A stretch of DNA of 64,000 nucleotides, from the NCBI GenBank assembly GCA_021827495.1, contig JAKAVN010000001.1, positions 9,954 through 73,953 of the forward strand, in the 5' to 3' direction. Source of the DNA: Deltaproteobacteria bacterium. Its GTDB lineage: Bacteria; Desulfobacterota; Binatia; Binatales; Binataceae. Position 1 is the stretch's first letter; each line of letters starts with the position of its first letter. Of the stretch, positions 1 to 9,812 are shown piece after piece. Below the pieces are notes generated by a model. It made no database searches and had not been told where the DNA came from. It saw only the letters and a list, made by a program, of their open reading frames with translations. Both the position numbers and the translations under genes were made by a program.

Positions 1-1187
1 CGCCCGTTGAGGATCAGATGGTTGTTGCGCTCCTGGAGCGTCATCGAGTCGATGATCGCCTGGATGCGGACCAGCTCGCGCTTGGCCTGTTCGGAGTCGG
101 CCTGCCCGGCGATCTTCTTGAGCCCCGGAATCATCCCCAACAACTCGCCCAACGAGCCCATCTTGCGCAGCGTGCGCAGTTGCTCGGCAAAGTCGGTGAT
201 GGTGAATTCGTTTTTCTTGAACTTGCGCTCGAGTTCCTTGGCCTTGGCCTGATCGTAATTCTGTTGCGCCTTTTCGATCAGGCTCAGCACGTCGCCCATC
301 CCGAGAATGCGCGAGGCCAGGCGGTCGGGATGGAAAACCTCGAGCGCCGCCAGCTTCTCCCCGGTTCCGGCGAACAGGATCGGCGCGCCGGTGACCGCAC
401 GCACCGAGAGCGCCGCGCCGCCCCGTGCGTCGCTGTCGAGCTTGGTCAGGATCAGGCCCGAAATGGTCAGCCGCTCATGAAAGCCCTGCGCGACGTTGAC
501 CGCGTCCTGGCCGGTCATCGCGTCGGCAACCAGCAGGATGTGATGGGGTTGGACGGCGGCGCGCAGGCGCCCCAGCTCGTCCATCAGATCCTCGTCGATC
601 TGCAGCCGCCCGGCGGTGTCGAAGATGATCGCGTCGTAGCCGGCGGTCTCGCTGCGCGCCAGCGCGCGGCTGGCGATCTCGATCGGGTCCTCGGTCTCGC
701 GCGTCTCCAGCACCGGCACGCCGATTTGCCCGCCGAGCACGCGCAACTGCTCCATCGCGGCCGGCCGCCGGACGTCGGTCGAGACCAGCAGCGGATGGCG
801 CTTGCGCTCCTCCTTGAGCAGGCGCGCCAGCTTCGCCGCCGACGTCGTTTTGCCCGAGCCCTGCAGCCCGACCAGCAGGATCTTGACCGGCGGCTTGACC
901 TTGAGGTCCAGCTCGCGGGCGCTGCCCCCCATCATTTCGCGCAGCTCGACCGCGACGAAGCGGATGAAGTGCTGCTCGGGCGTCAGCGAAGCCAGTACTT
1001 CCTGGCCGAGCGCCTTGTGCTTGACGTGCTCGATGAAGTCGCGCACGACCCGCAGATTGACGTCGGCTTCGAGCAGCGCGAGACGGACCTCGCGCAGCGC
1101 CTCTTCGATATTGCGCTCGGTGACCCGGCCTTGGCCCTTGAGCCTTTTGAAAACGCCTTCGAGGCGGTCGCTTAGCGTGTCAAACAT
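1..1187 (-). CDS. ffh: Signal recognition particle protein Ffh (SRP54); C-terminal part runs off the window
   Basis: Reverse-strand translation from ATG (rc of 1185-1187) gives MFDTLSDRLEGVFKRLKGQGRVTERNIEEALREV... It carries the GTPase motifs (GLQGSGKTT, DTAGR, TKLD) and the M-domain; no stop before the window edge. Confidence 0.9.
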   Translation of the reverse strand, partial: MFDTLSDRLEGVFKRLKGQGRVTERNIEEALREVRLALLEADVNLRVVRDFIEHVKHKALGQEVLASLTPEQHFIRFVAVELREMMGGSARELDLKVKPPVKILLVGLQGSGKTTSAAKLARLLKEERKRHPLLVSTDVRRPAAMEQLRVLGGQIGVPVLETRETEDPIEIASRALARSETAGYDAIIFDTAGRLQIDEDLMDELGRLRAAVQPHHILLVADAMTGQDAVNVAQGFHERLTISGLILTKLDSDARGGAALSVRAVTGAPILFAGTGEKLAALEVFHPDRLASRILGMGDVLSLIEKAQQNYDQAKAKELERKFKKNEFTITDFAEQLRTLRKMGSLGELLGMIPGLKKIAGQADSEQAKRELVRIQAIIDSMTLQERNNHLILNG

Positions 1188-1390
1188 GGAGAAAAATGAC
1201 GAGGTGCCGTTGGCGGAGTTGGATTCGTGGCGACTGTTGGATCCAGACAGAGGAAGTTAAGCCACCGGCCCGGTTAAGTCAACGAAAGCGCCAAAAACGC
1301 AGCTTCGCGCGGACTTTTATAGCGCGGACCGACTGAACATCGCGTCCGTGGCTAGGCCGGCCGAGCAGGCGCTGGCGGCCGGTGACCGGC

Positions 1391-3379
1391 TCAGTTGGCC
1401 TGCTCCCAGTTGCTGCCGCCGTCGAAAGTGCTGTAGGTCACGCCGCCGGCGGTAAAGATGGTGGCCACGTCCTTGCTGGCGGCGGTGATTCCGACCACGT
1501 CGGCAGTAGTGGGCGATTTAACCTGCTCCCAGTGCACGCCGTCGATGGTCAGCAGGATGGCGCCGCGGCGGCCGACCGCCCAGCATACCGTGTCCGACGG
1601 CGCCATGCCGGCCAGCAGATCGGCCCGTACGCCAGTGGGTTGCGGCGTCCAGATCCTGCGATCACTGGTGCGATAAATTACTCCGGAATTCTGGAGCGAC
1701 CAGTAAACCGAATGGTCCGCCGGCGAGACCAGGATCGAGCGCGGCGGAACCGGTATGCCGGGTGCGATCGCCACGACGGCGGGCACACTTGGAACGGGGC
1801 TGGCCGCCATCGCGATCGCGTTAGTGGCACCGGAAGGGGCTGCGGGCGGTGCGATAGCGCGGGCTCCGCCGCCGGCGGCCGGGCCGGCCGCGCCGCGCCG
1901 CGCTTGGAGCGCGCCGGCGGCTATCTGCTGACGCATCGGAACCGCTGCCTCCGACCGGCGAACGGTTGTGACGGACGAAGCCATAGCGGGTTTCGGTTGC
2001 GCCTGGTCCAACCGCCGCTTCAGATTCGCGTCTCGGCGCGCCCGCGCGGCCTCCAGCGCGATTTCCGCCTTCAGCTTCTTTTCCGCGAGTTGCGCTTGCC
2101 GCTGCGCCCTGGACGGCGGCGCTGTCGCGCCGGCGCTCGCGCCTGCTGCGCTAGCGCTCCCTGACTTGCCAGAGCGCCTGCCGGTCGCGATTTCCGATGT
2201 CTTAGCTGGCGCTTGGGCCAGCGTCCCTCGTTGGAATTGTTCCAGGTGCGGCGGCGGTGCTGCCAGTGCGGCAACTTCCTGTTCCTTTTGCTTGACCGCG
2301 CCCAGTGTCGCACGCGCCGTGGCCCGCGCGGCGGCCCCGGAAACCGGCGCTGCGGCCGCTGAGGTCGCGGCTGGCGCAGCGGATGAGCCCCCCGCGACAG
2401 CTCCAGCAGCCCCGGCGGCGGCGATCGCCGCCGTGGCGTTCTTCGATGCGATCGGGGCTGCGCCGGCCGGTGTTGCGGGCGTTGCGGCCGATGGCATTGT
2501 GGCTGGGGCCGCCGGAGTTGCCGCCGTCACCGGCGTGGCAGCCAGCGCGCCCAATGCGGCGGCCGCCTGAGCGGCGTTCGCGGCGGCAGCCTCCGCATTT
2601 TGCGCGGTATCCGATGGCGCTATCGGTGGGGCTGCGGCCAGCGAGGGAAGGGCGGCTTCAGCGGGCGCATTCGCCGATCCAGCCGCGGCCTCACCGGTTG
2701 ACGGCGGCGCAACCGCAGCCGGAGATGCGACGGACGCGCTACGCATCGGCGCGCCTGCAGCGGCAGCCGCCTTGGCCGGCGCCCTGCGCGCAGCAGGCGC
2801 AGCAGACATCAGCGGCCGGTTGTCGTTGAGCGCCAACTCGGCCGCGCGCGAAGATTTATGCGTCTTGCGATGGTGATGCAGCGGCGCCGCGCGCACGGCG
2901 GCCACCTTTTCGCGCTCGCGCGCGAGCCTGCCTTGGGACACATGCAGGCCCGCGACGACGGCGACGGCGATCATCGCGGCCGCCGCCGCACTTGTCCCGG
3001 CGATGCGCCATACGGGCCTGATTTCGAACCAGCGCTCGCGGATGCCGGCGGACTCCGCCGCCGCCCTGCGCGCGGCCGCGGCCGCGAAGCCGCCCGCCTC
3101 GGAGGCGGCGTCGACCATCGGCGCCGCGTGCAGCAGCGCCGCGAGCGTGCCCTGGCATCGCGCGCACTGGGAGAAATGCGTCTCGAGGCGGGCGCGCTCG
3201 ACCCGGTTAAGCGCGTATTCGTAATAGGACGCGATCAGGTCGGGCGAAGGACACTGGGCCTCCTCGGAGGCGGCCGGTTGGTCGCCGCCGGGAATGCGCG
3301 ATGCGTCAAGCGCTAGCTTGACCGCGCTCGCGAAACGGTCCTCAAAATCATCGAGCGCCAAGCCGGGTCTCCCTGTCAT
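1391..3379 (-). CDS. Membrane-spanning zinc-finger (ZAS-type) anti-sigma factor with a long Ala/Pro-rich linker and a C-terminal BNR/Asp-box (Ycf48-like) sensor domain
   Basis: N-terminus has an HxxxCxxC motif (HFSQCARCQ). One TM follows (AAAAAMIAVAVVAGLHV), then ~400 aa of Ala/Pro/Ser low complexity. C-terminus has Asp-box-like blades (TFDGGSNWEQ). It lies 42 nt downstream of the ECF sigma gene on the same strand. Confidence 0.65.
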   Translation of the reverse strand: MTGRPGLALDDFEDRFASAVKLALDASRIPGGDQPAASEEAQCPSPDLIASYYEYALNRVERARLETHFSQCARCQGTLAALLHAAPMVDAASEAGGFAAAAARRAAAESAGIRERWFEIRPVWRIAGTSAAAAAMIAVAVVAGLHVSQGRLAREREKVAAVRAAPLHHHRKTHKSSRAAELALNDNRPLMSAAPAARRAPAKAAAAAGAPMRSASVASPAAVAPPSTGEAAAGSANAPAEAALPSLAAAPPIAPSDTAQNAEAAAANAAQAAAALGALAATPVTAATPAAPATMPSAATPATPAGAAPIASKNATAAIAAAGAAGAVAGGSSAAPAATSAAAAPVSGAAARATARATLGAVKQKEQEVAALAAPPPHLEQFQRGTLAQAPAKTSEIATGRRSGKSGSASAAGASAGATAPPSRAQRQAQLAEKKLKAEIALEAARARRDANLKRRLDQAQPKPAMASSVTTVRRSEAAVPMRQQIAAGALQARRGAAGPAAGGGARAIAPPAAPSGATNAIAMAASPVPSVPAVVAIAPGIPVPPRSILVSPADHSVYWSLQNSGVIYRTSDRRIWTPQPTGVRADLLAGMAPSDTVCWAVGRRGAILLTIDGVHWEQVKSPTTADVVGITAASKDVATIFTAGGVTYSTFDGGSNWEQAN

Positions 3380-3421
3380 TGGAACGGGTCAACTGCCAAA
3401 ACGTGCGCTTTGCGGGCGATT

Positions 3422-4285
3422 TCACTTCGACTCCGAAAGTGCGCGCCTCAGGTCGAACGGCCATTGCTCAGCCGCGTAATCATAGCACAGCCGGATCTGC
3501 TCCTCGCTCAAATGTTGCTCGCGGCGCAGCCAGCGCTCGACCCGGCGCTTGAGTTCGCCGCGGGTCTGCTGCAACCTGCGCGACACGCTGGAGGGATGCT
3601 CGCTGAGCAGCCGGGCGATCTCTCGTAGCGTGAGGTTTTCCAGATAGTAGTAACCCAAGCGCAACCGGTCGCACGGCTCGAGCGCCCCGAGCGCCTCGGT
3701 CAGCGCCGTGCTGAGTGCGGCCACGTAGCGAAGGCGATCGGGGTCGGACGGATCTCCCTCCGTCGCAGGTTCGGTTGGACAGCTCTCCAGCGGCTTAGTC
3801 CGTGCGGCCGCGCGTGTCAAGTCAACGAAGCGCTGCGCGAGCACCGCGTGCAGCCAGGTCCCAAGCGAACTGCGTCCGCCGTAATAGCCGAGCAGCGAGC
3901 GCCGTTCGCCCGCGCGCGTGTCCATCCCGTAAAGGTCCGCCCACAGCGAATCCGCGAGCTCGCGCGCGCCAACCTCGTCGTGCGTCAGCGTCCGCGCCGC
4001 GGCGTAGAGCAGGGGCCGGTACTTTTCGATGAAGCCCTCCCAAACCCGCTCGTTGCCCTGTGTGCAGGCGAGCGCCAGCACCAGGTCGTCGGCGTGCAGC
4101 TTGTCGAGGTATTCTTCGATCGCCGCCGGCGTGGCCTCCGCGCTCCACGCGCGCACGCTGCGATGCAGTGCCGTGCCGAGGTCGGCCGGAGTGAGGCCGA
4201 AGCCGTCGGCCTTGCCGCGCCGATGCAGGCGCACGATCGCCGGCGCGTGCGAGATCAGGAATTCGGCTAATGGGTCGGCCGGCAT
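3422..4285 (-). CDS. RNA polymerase sigma factor, ECF (sigma-70 family) subfamily
   Basis: Region-2 and region-4 motifs (LTLREIARLLSEHPSSVSRRLQQTRGELKRRV) are present; it is co-oriented with the downstream anti-sigma gene. Confidence 0.8.
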   Translation of the reverse strand: MPADPLAEFLISHAPAIVRLHRRGKADGFGLTPADLGTALHRSVRAWSAEATPAAIEEYLDKLHADDLVLALACTQGNERVWEGFIEKYRPLLYAAARTLTHDEVGARELADSLWADLYGMDTRAGERRSLLGYYGGRSSLGTWLHAVLAQRFVDLTRAAARTKPLESCPTEPATEGDPSDPDRLRYVAALSTALTEALGALEPCDRLRLGYYYLENLTLREIARLLSEHPSSVSRRLQQTRGELKRRVERWLRREQHLSEEQIRLCYDYAAEQWPFDLRRALSESK

Positions 4286-4339
4286 GATGGGCCGCTGCCG
4301 CAGGACGCTCCCTCGGCGTGTCGCGGCAATCTATGCAGG

Positions 4340-4371
4340 TATAGCGAAAAGAGGCAGCTATAGCGAAAAAG
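4340..4371. promoter_or_regulatory. Two direct repeats TATAGCGAAAA(A)G separated by 7 nt, located ~55-85 nt upstream of the ECF sigma start codon (gene on minus strand)
   Basis: Read directly: ggTATAGCGAAAAGaggcagcTATAGCGAAAAAGtcgagg. Its position fits an operator or promoter element of the sigma/anti-sigma operon. Confidence 0.3.
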
Positions 4372-4564
4372 TCGAGGGCTGTGGTCAGCATGCGCGCAGT
4401 CGGTGCCAGGTCTTGCGAATCGCCAAGCACGCAAAAGGGGGTGGGGTGAGAGGTCAAGCCCGGATTGGGTGTGGGCCCACAAAATTCCCCACAGGCGTGC
4501 CCCGAGCTAACGCCCACCATGAATTAGAAGGGTGAGAACCGGCCTAATTTTGGAGGATTTTCGG

Positions 4565-4641
4565 TTGGTCGGGGCGGCCGGATTTGAACCGGCGACCACA
4601 CGCACCCCAAGCGTGTGCGCTACCAGGCTGCGCCACGCCCC
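4565..4641 (-). tRNA. tRNA-Pro (anticodon GGG)
   Basis: The reverse complement folds as a cloverleaf: acceptor CGGGGCG, D-arm GCGC-AGCCTGGTA-GCGC, anticodon stem CACGC/GCGTG with loop TTGGGGT (GGG), T-arm GCCGG-TTCAAAT-CCGGC, and a genomically encoded CCA. Confidence 0.85.
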
Positions 4642-4906
4642 GACCCGAAGACTATCTAACGGCGCCCGTCCCTACGATGCCCGACGGCGCGCGCGCCGCT
4701 AGGTGAACGCCACGCCAGTATAATTGCGTGCAAGTCAAAATACAGCCGCGCACGGCGCAGACGCGCGCCGCGCGTGGTTGCCACGCTCACCGTGGCCTGC
4801 GGCGCGAACGTGATACACGCACACGCCGCGACTGCGGCACGAGCGCCGCGGCGCGTGTGTGACGCCGCGTGCGGGTGACGCACGCCCACATGGGGCGCGC
4901 GGCGCG

Positions 4907-5659
4907 CTAGGCTTTTTTCTTCGCCGCCACGCGCGGGCGCCATTGCACGAACGAGCGCATGTCGATCGAGAACGTCCACGCGCCGCGCGGCTGATTGATC
5001 AGATGCACGATCTCGCTGCAAATCGCCGAGGGCGGCACGAAATGCGACGGGTCGGCCTCGGGCGCCGCCTCGCGCACGCGCGGGCTATCCACGGCGCCGT
5101 CGACGTCGAGGGTCGCCGAATGGATGCCCAGGTGCATGTACTCGTAGGCGAGCGACTCCGCGATCGCGCGCTGCGCCACCTTCGAGGCGGTGTAGGCCGA
5201 GTACAAAGCCGGCCCGCCGCGGGTCTCCGACCCCAGCACGAAGATGACCGTCCCGCCGCCGCGTGCCGCCATCTTGCCCACCACGGCCTGCGTGCAGAAG
5301 AACGGCCCGTAAGTGTTGACCTTGAGTTGAAAGTCGAAGTCCTCCTCGGTGATCTCCTCGAAGCGCTTGCGCAGGTAGGCGCCGGCGTTGTTGATCAACA
5401 CCGCGATCGGTCCCAGCTCGCGCTCGACCGCCGCGACCGCCGCCAGCACCTGCTCGCGCTTGGAGACGTCCGTCGGCGTCACCAGCGCCTTGCCGCCGGC
5501 CTTGACGATAAGCTCGGCGGTCTCTTCGAGCTGCGACTTGGTGCGCGCGATGAGTCCGCAGGCGTAGCCCTCGCGGGCTAGGCGCTGCGCGATGTCGCGT
5601 CCGATTCCCCGTCCCGCACCGGTAACCAATGCAACCTTGGGTTCTGACATGCGACGCAT
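4907..5659 (-). CDS. Short-chain dehydrogenase/reductase (SDR) family oxidoreductase
   Basis: TGAGRGIGRDIA Rossmann motif, NNAG motif and a YxxxK catalytic region (YTASK). The start is placed at the internal Met (MRRMSEPKVALVTGAG); the ORF-track start at 5782 adds an implausible 41-aa leader. Confidence 0.8.
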   Translation of the reverse strand: MRRMSEPKVALVTGAGRGIGRDIAQRLAREGYACGLIARTKSQLEETAELIVKAGGKALVTPTDVSKREQVLAAVAAVERELGPIAVLINNAGAYLRKRFEEITEEDFDFQLKVNTYGPFFCTQAVVGKMAARGGGTVIFVLGSETRGGPALYSAYTASKVAQRAIAESLAYEYMHLGIHSATLDVDGAVDSPRVREAAPEADPSHFVPPSAICSEIVHLINQPRGAWTFSIDMRSFVQWRPRVAAKKKA

Positions 5660-5881
5660 CTTAGCCGAGCCGCCTACCGGCTGAAAACCCGCGGCGCGAA
5701 TAAATCGCGCGCGGGAACCGTCACTCATCACAGTGAGGTCGGCTATCAGGAGCGAGGTGATCGCGGCCACCCGTGGCCGCACGAGGCACGGAGCCGCGCC
5801 GGAAGTTGCGCCACGGCTTGGCGATTTGCTGGAGTGGGTGATACCTTTAATTCATGATCTTGGGGGTCGCCAGGTGACGGT

Positions 5882-6649
5882 ATGAAGTTTCAGAGCGCAT
5901 GGCATGGGCGAGGGTTTGCGTCCACATCATCAATCGCGGCCGGAAGCTTCGCCCTGATGTTGGCGGCTGTCATGGCCGGCACGGCGTGCGCCCAGGATAC
6001 CAGCCGTGGCGGCTCGGACTGGGAGCTGGTCGCCCGCGTCCTGGTCCTTCCGCCGGTGTATCGGCCGGGTGTCGCGGCCAACGCGCCGCCCGATGGTTGC
6101 GCCGCGGATTGCACGAATCCGAGTGACTCCGGCGGCGCTGAATCACCGACCGCCGTCGCGGGCACGGCGGACGATCCCACGGATGCAAGTGTGGCGGTGG
6201 ACGGTTCAGCGCCTGATGGATCGGGCTCGCAAGAGCAGCAGACCGCCGCAGCCGGCGACGCTCAGCAGGACGCTGATAGCCTCGATAGCTCCGTCGGATC
6301 CGCCCAGGAGTACCAGGATCAGCAACAGATGGCGGCGCAGGAGCTTGGCTCGGCCGGAATTATCCAGGTGCCGGCCACTGTTATAGGGCCATCCGCGTGG
6401 CCCTATTATGCGATCGGCACTTACGCTCCAGCCGGTCCGATATACTTTCCCGGGCGCGCTTTTCCATCGTCCCCGGCGTGGATGCCGCCGCCGATGCCGA
6501 GAGTCGTGCCGCGCCCGTCGATTGTTCCCCACTCGATCCCGCGAACCATCGGAGGTTTCTCCGGAGGCTTCCCCGGGGGCTTTCCCGGGAGGGGTCAGGA
6601 GAGCTTTGCCCCCATGTCGGGATTCCACGGCGGATTTGGCCACAGGTAG
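5882..6649 (+). CDS. Hypothetical secreted low-complexity (Gly/Pro/Asp/Gln-rich) protein
   Basis: It is the only long ORF in the 5.8-6.7 kb gap. It has a signal-peptide-like stretch (SIAAGSFALMLAAVMAGTACAQD) and GGFPGGFPG repeats at the C-terminus. No recognisable domain. Confidence 0.4.
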   Translation: MKFQSAWHGRGFASTSSIAAGSFALMLAAVMAGTACAQDTSRGGSDWELVARVLVLPPVYRPGVAANAPPDGCAADCTNPSDSGGAESPTAVAGTADDPTDASVAVDGSAPDGSGSQEQQTAAAGDAQQDADSLDSSVGSAQEYQDQQQMAAQELGSAGIIQVPATVIGPSAWPYYAIGTYAPAGPIYFPGRAFPSSPAWMPPPMPRVVPRPSIVPHSIPRTIGGFSGGFPGGFPGRGQESFAPMSGFHGGFGHR

Positions 6650-6713
6650 GCAACCGCGCCAAATAACTCTTGTTTACTGGTGAAACCGCAAGACCATCCA
6701 TGATGATAGCGCC

Positions 6714-7519
<806 letters not shown>

Positions 7520-7523
<4 letters not shown>

Positions 7524-8401
7524 TGGCAAGGCCGCAGCGGGTCGTCACTGATTCGATGATCGGGCTCAAGCTGCCCGACTTCGTGCGCCACTCCGATCGC
7601 GTGGCCACCGTGCTGGGCTATAACCCGGGCCCGTTCACCGGCCCGGGCACCAATACCTACATCGTCGGCGCGGGGCGCCGGCCGTTACTGCTCGACACCG
7701 GCGCCGGTGTGCCGCTATACGAGGAGTTGTTGCCGCACGCGCTTAGGGAAGTCAGTTCCAGCCGCGAGCTGGAGTGCGTCGTATGCACCCACGCGCACCC
7801 CGATCATATCGGCGGCGTGCGCCAGGTCCGTCGCCGCTTCGGTGAGCTGGCAGTGCTCAAGAAGCCGTGGCCGGGCAAGGACGAAGTCGCCGATGCGCCG
7901 ATCCGCGCGATCGACGACGGCGCGGTGGTCAGAGCCGAGGGCGCGACACTGCGCGCGATTTACACGCCGGGCCATGCCCCCGACCATCTTTGCTATTATC
8001 TCGAAGAGGAGAAGGCGCTGTTTACCGGCGACCTGGTGCTGGGGGCCGGAACCACCGTGATTCCTGACGACGCCGGCGACCTCGGGCAGTACATGGTTTC
8101 CCTGCACCGCCTTTTGGAACTCGATTTGGCGCTGATTTACCCGGCGCACGGCCCGGTGATCCGCAACCCGCGGCAGAAGATCGAGGAGTACATCGCGCAT
8201 CGCGAACTGCGCGAGCGCCAAGTGCTCGACGCGCTCGGCGGCGGTCCGCCGCTCGAGCCGATGCAGATCGTCAAGAAGATTTACCTCGACGTGCCCGAGT
8301 ATCTGCACGCCGCCGCCGCCAATTCGGTACGCGCGCATCTGAAGAAGCTTCGAAACGAGGGGCGCGTGGTGGAGCATGACAGCCGCTGGAGTCTCAACTA
8401 G
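7520..8401 (+). CDS. MBL-fold metallo-hydrolase (LACTB2-like)
   Basis: HAHPDHIGG metal-binding motif and a later TPGHAPDH. The ATGA start overlaps the coaX stop. Confidence 0.8.
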
Positions 8402-9422
8402 CCGGCCGCGCCCGCCGCTGGCCCGCCGCGCCGCGATCTGCTCGGCGTTCGCGGCGGGGCTCGCGCTGTGTGCGATGAGCCCGGCGTTTGCTCAGGACGG
8501 GCCTCCGGTCGGCCCGTCCGCCACGGTCGGCGCCTTGGGCGCGGCGCCGACCGCGGCCGCCGACGAGGAGGCGGCCGCGCTGCTGGTCGCCGCACCGGTG
8601 CCGCCATCGGCTGCTTCGGCCACCCCGACTCCGTCGGCGTCGGCTGGCGCCTCGGCACCCAGCGGCGGAAGCACGACTATTCTCATCAACGACGGTCCGC
8701 CGGGTTCGACGCCTTCCGGATGGTCTCCGGTTGCGGCGGGCGCGTCCGCATCCGGCGGGCCCGAGGAAGCTCCCGCGCCGGCGGCAGCCGATGCGCCGGT
8801 GGTTGAAGAGCGGCGGGAAGATCCCGGCGAAGCTCCGCCGGGAACCACCATCATTCCCTCCGCCGCGCAGCAGCAGGCGGCCCCACCCGGAACAGGGGTT
8901 CCTGGCGATAACCCGCAGGTCGTCAACTATGAAGCGAACCAGCAGATGCCGCTCAATGAGCCGCAGCTTCACAGTCTGCAGGAGTTCATGAACGAGGGCG
9001 TCAACGCCTCGCCGCTGGGTGTCGAATTGGAGGAGGGCGCGCGGCGGGGGAAAAACGGCCGCGAGGTCGACGGCCTGCTGGTCGTCGCGCTGGAGCCCGG
9101 AGGGCCGGCCGAGCGGGCGGGTGTACAGGCCGGCCATCGCGCCGCCCACGACGTGCTCGAGGGCGCGGCGGTGGCGGCTTCGCTGGTGTTTCCGCCGGCG
9201 GTTCTGGCCGTGCCGGTGATCGAAACCATTCAGCTTGGTGAGAACTACGACCTGATCATCGGAGTCGACGGCAACCGGGTCACCAACTTCATGGATTTCC
9301 AGGACCAGTTGCGCGAGGCGCAGCCGGGCGAGACCGTCTACCTCAACATCCTGCGCAGCGGCCAGCGTCTCCAGGTGCCGGTGGAGATGCCGCCGCCGGA
9401 CGCCGGGCAGCTATATCCATAG
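8376..9422 (+). CDS. Secreted PDZ-domain protein with a long Ala/Pro/Ser-rich N-terminal region
   Basis: Signal-peptide-like N-terminus (AICSAFAAGLALCAMSPAFAQD) and a C-terminal PDZ-like segment (LLVVALEPGGPAERAGVQAGH...IIGVDGNRVTNFMDFQ). Confidence 0.55.
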   Translation: MTAAGVSTSRPRPPLARRAAICSAFAAGLALCAMSPAFAQDGPPVGPSATVGALGAAPTAAADEEAAALLVAAPVPPSAASATPTPSASAGASAPSGGSTTILINDGPPGSTPSGWSPVAAGASASGGPEEAPAPAAADAPVVEERREDPGEAPPGTTIIPSAAQQQAAPPGTGVPGDNPQVVNYEANQQMPLNEPQLHSLQEFMNEGVNASPLGVELEEGARRGKNGREVDGLLVVALEPGGPAERAGVQAGHRAAHDVLEGAAVAASLVFPPAVLAVPVIETIQLGENYDLIIGVDGNRVTNFMDFQDQLREAQPGETVYLNILRSGQRLQVPVEMPPPDAGQLYP

Positions 9423-9677
9423 AATTTCACCGATTGGTCTTTACTCCGGCAAGACATCGTACTAATAGATCGCATTCCGTCGAGGCGCAGACCCGGCGAG
9501 ACACATCGATGAGGTAGCGGATACTCCGGAAACGGAGAAATTGCTGACATAGGCTTGGGCTAGCGCCTGGATCCTGAAGACAGGACCGGGACCCCGAAAG
9601 TGGCTTGAGCGCTCTTCGCGAGCACGTTCGATGCGGGGTTGCCGGTATAGGGTTGCTCCGCATTTTTGTTTGCCTGA

Positions 9678-9797
9678 AGGCTGCGGAAAAACCCGGCGAA
9701 AGACGATTTCGGCGAAGAGTAAGCATCACTGTAACCACGAGAGTGCGTCTTGGGTCAGTGCTGTCAGGAGTCGAAAACACTTTGTCCGCAACCTGCT
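9678..9797. repeat. Copy A of a ~120-bp repeated structured element with terminal inverted repeats (CTGCGGAAAAAC...TTTGTCCGCAACCTG), immediately 5' of panB
   Basis: ~84% identical to copy B at 50141-50266. The first 41 nt are near-identical (GCGGAAAAACCCGGCGAAAGACGATTTCGGCGAAGAGTA). There is an internal hairpin CGAAA-gacga-TTTCG, and the ends are complementary. Confidence 0.7.
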
Positions 9798-9812
9798 GAT
9801 CGAGGGCATACG

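Noticed and set aside
1382-3316. Multiple overlapping ORFs in all frames at 1.4-3.3 kb
   Set aside because: They are generated by the Ala/Pro-rich low-complexity linker of the anti-sigma gene. Only the 1391-3379 minus-strand frame has N-terminal ZAS and C-terminal BNR domain structure.
9678-9797. Interpreting the repeat element strictly as a pantothenate (pan-motif) riboswitch
   Set aside because: Copy A sits in the panB leader, but a near-identical copy B lies between convergent genes unrelated to pantothenate. The pan-specific interpretation is therefore not adopted. A generic structured repeat or sRNA is more consistent, pending a covariance-model search.
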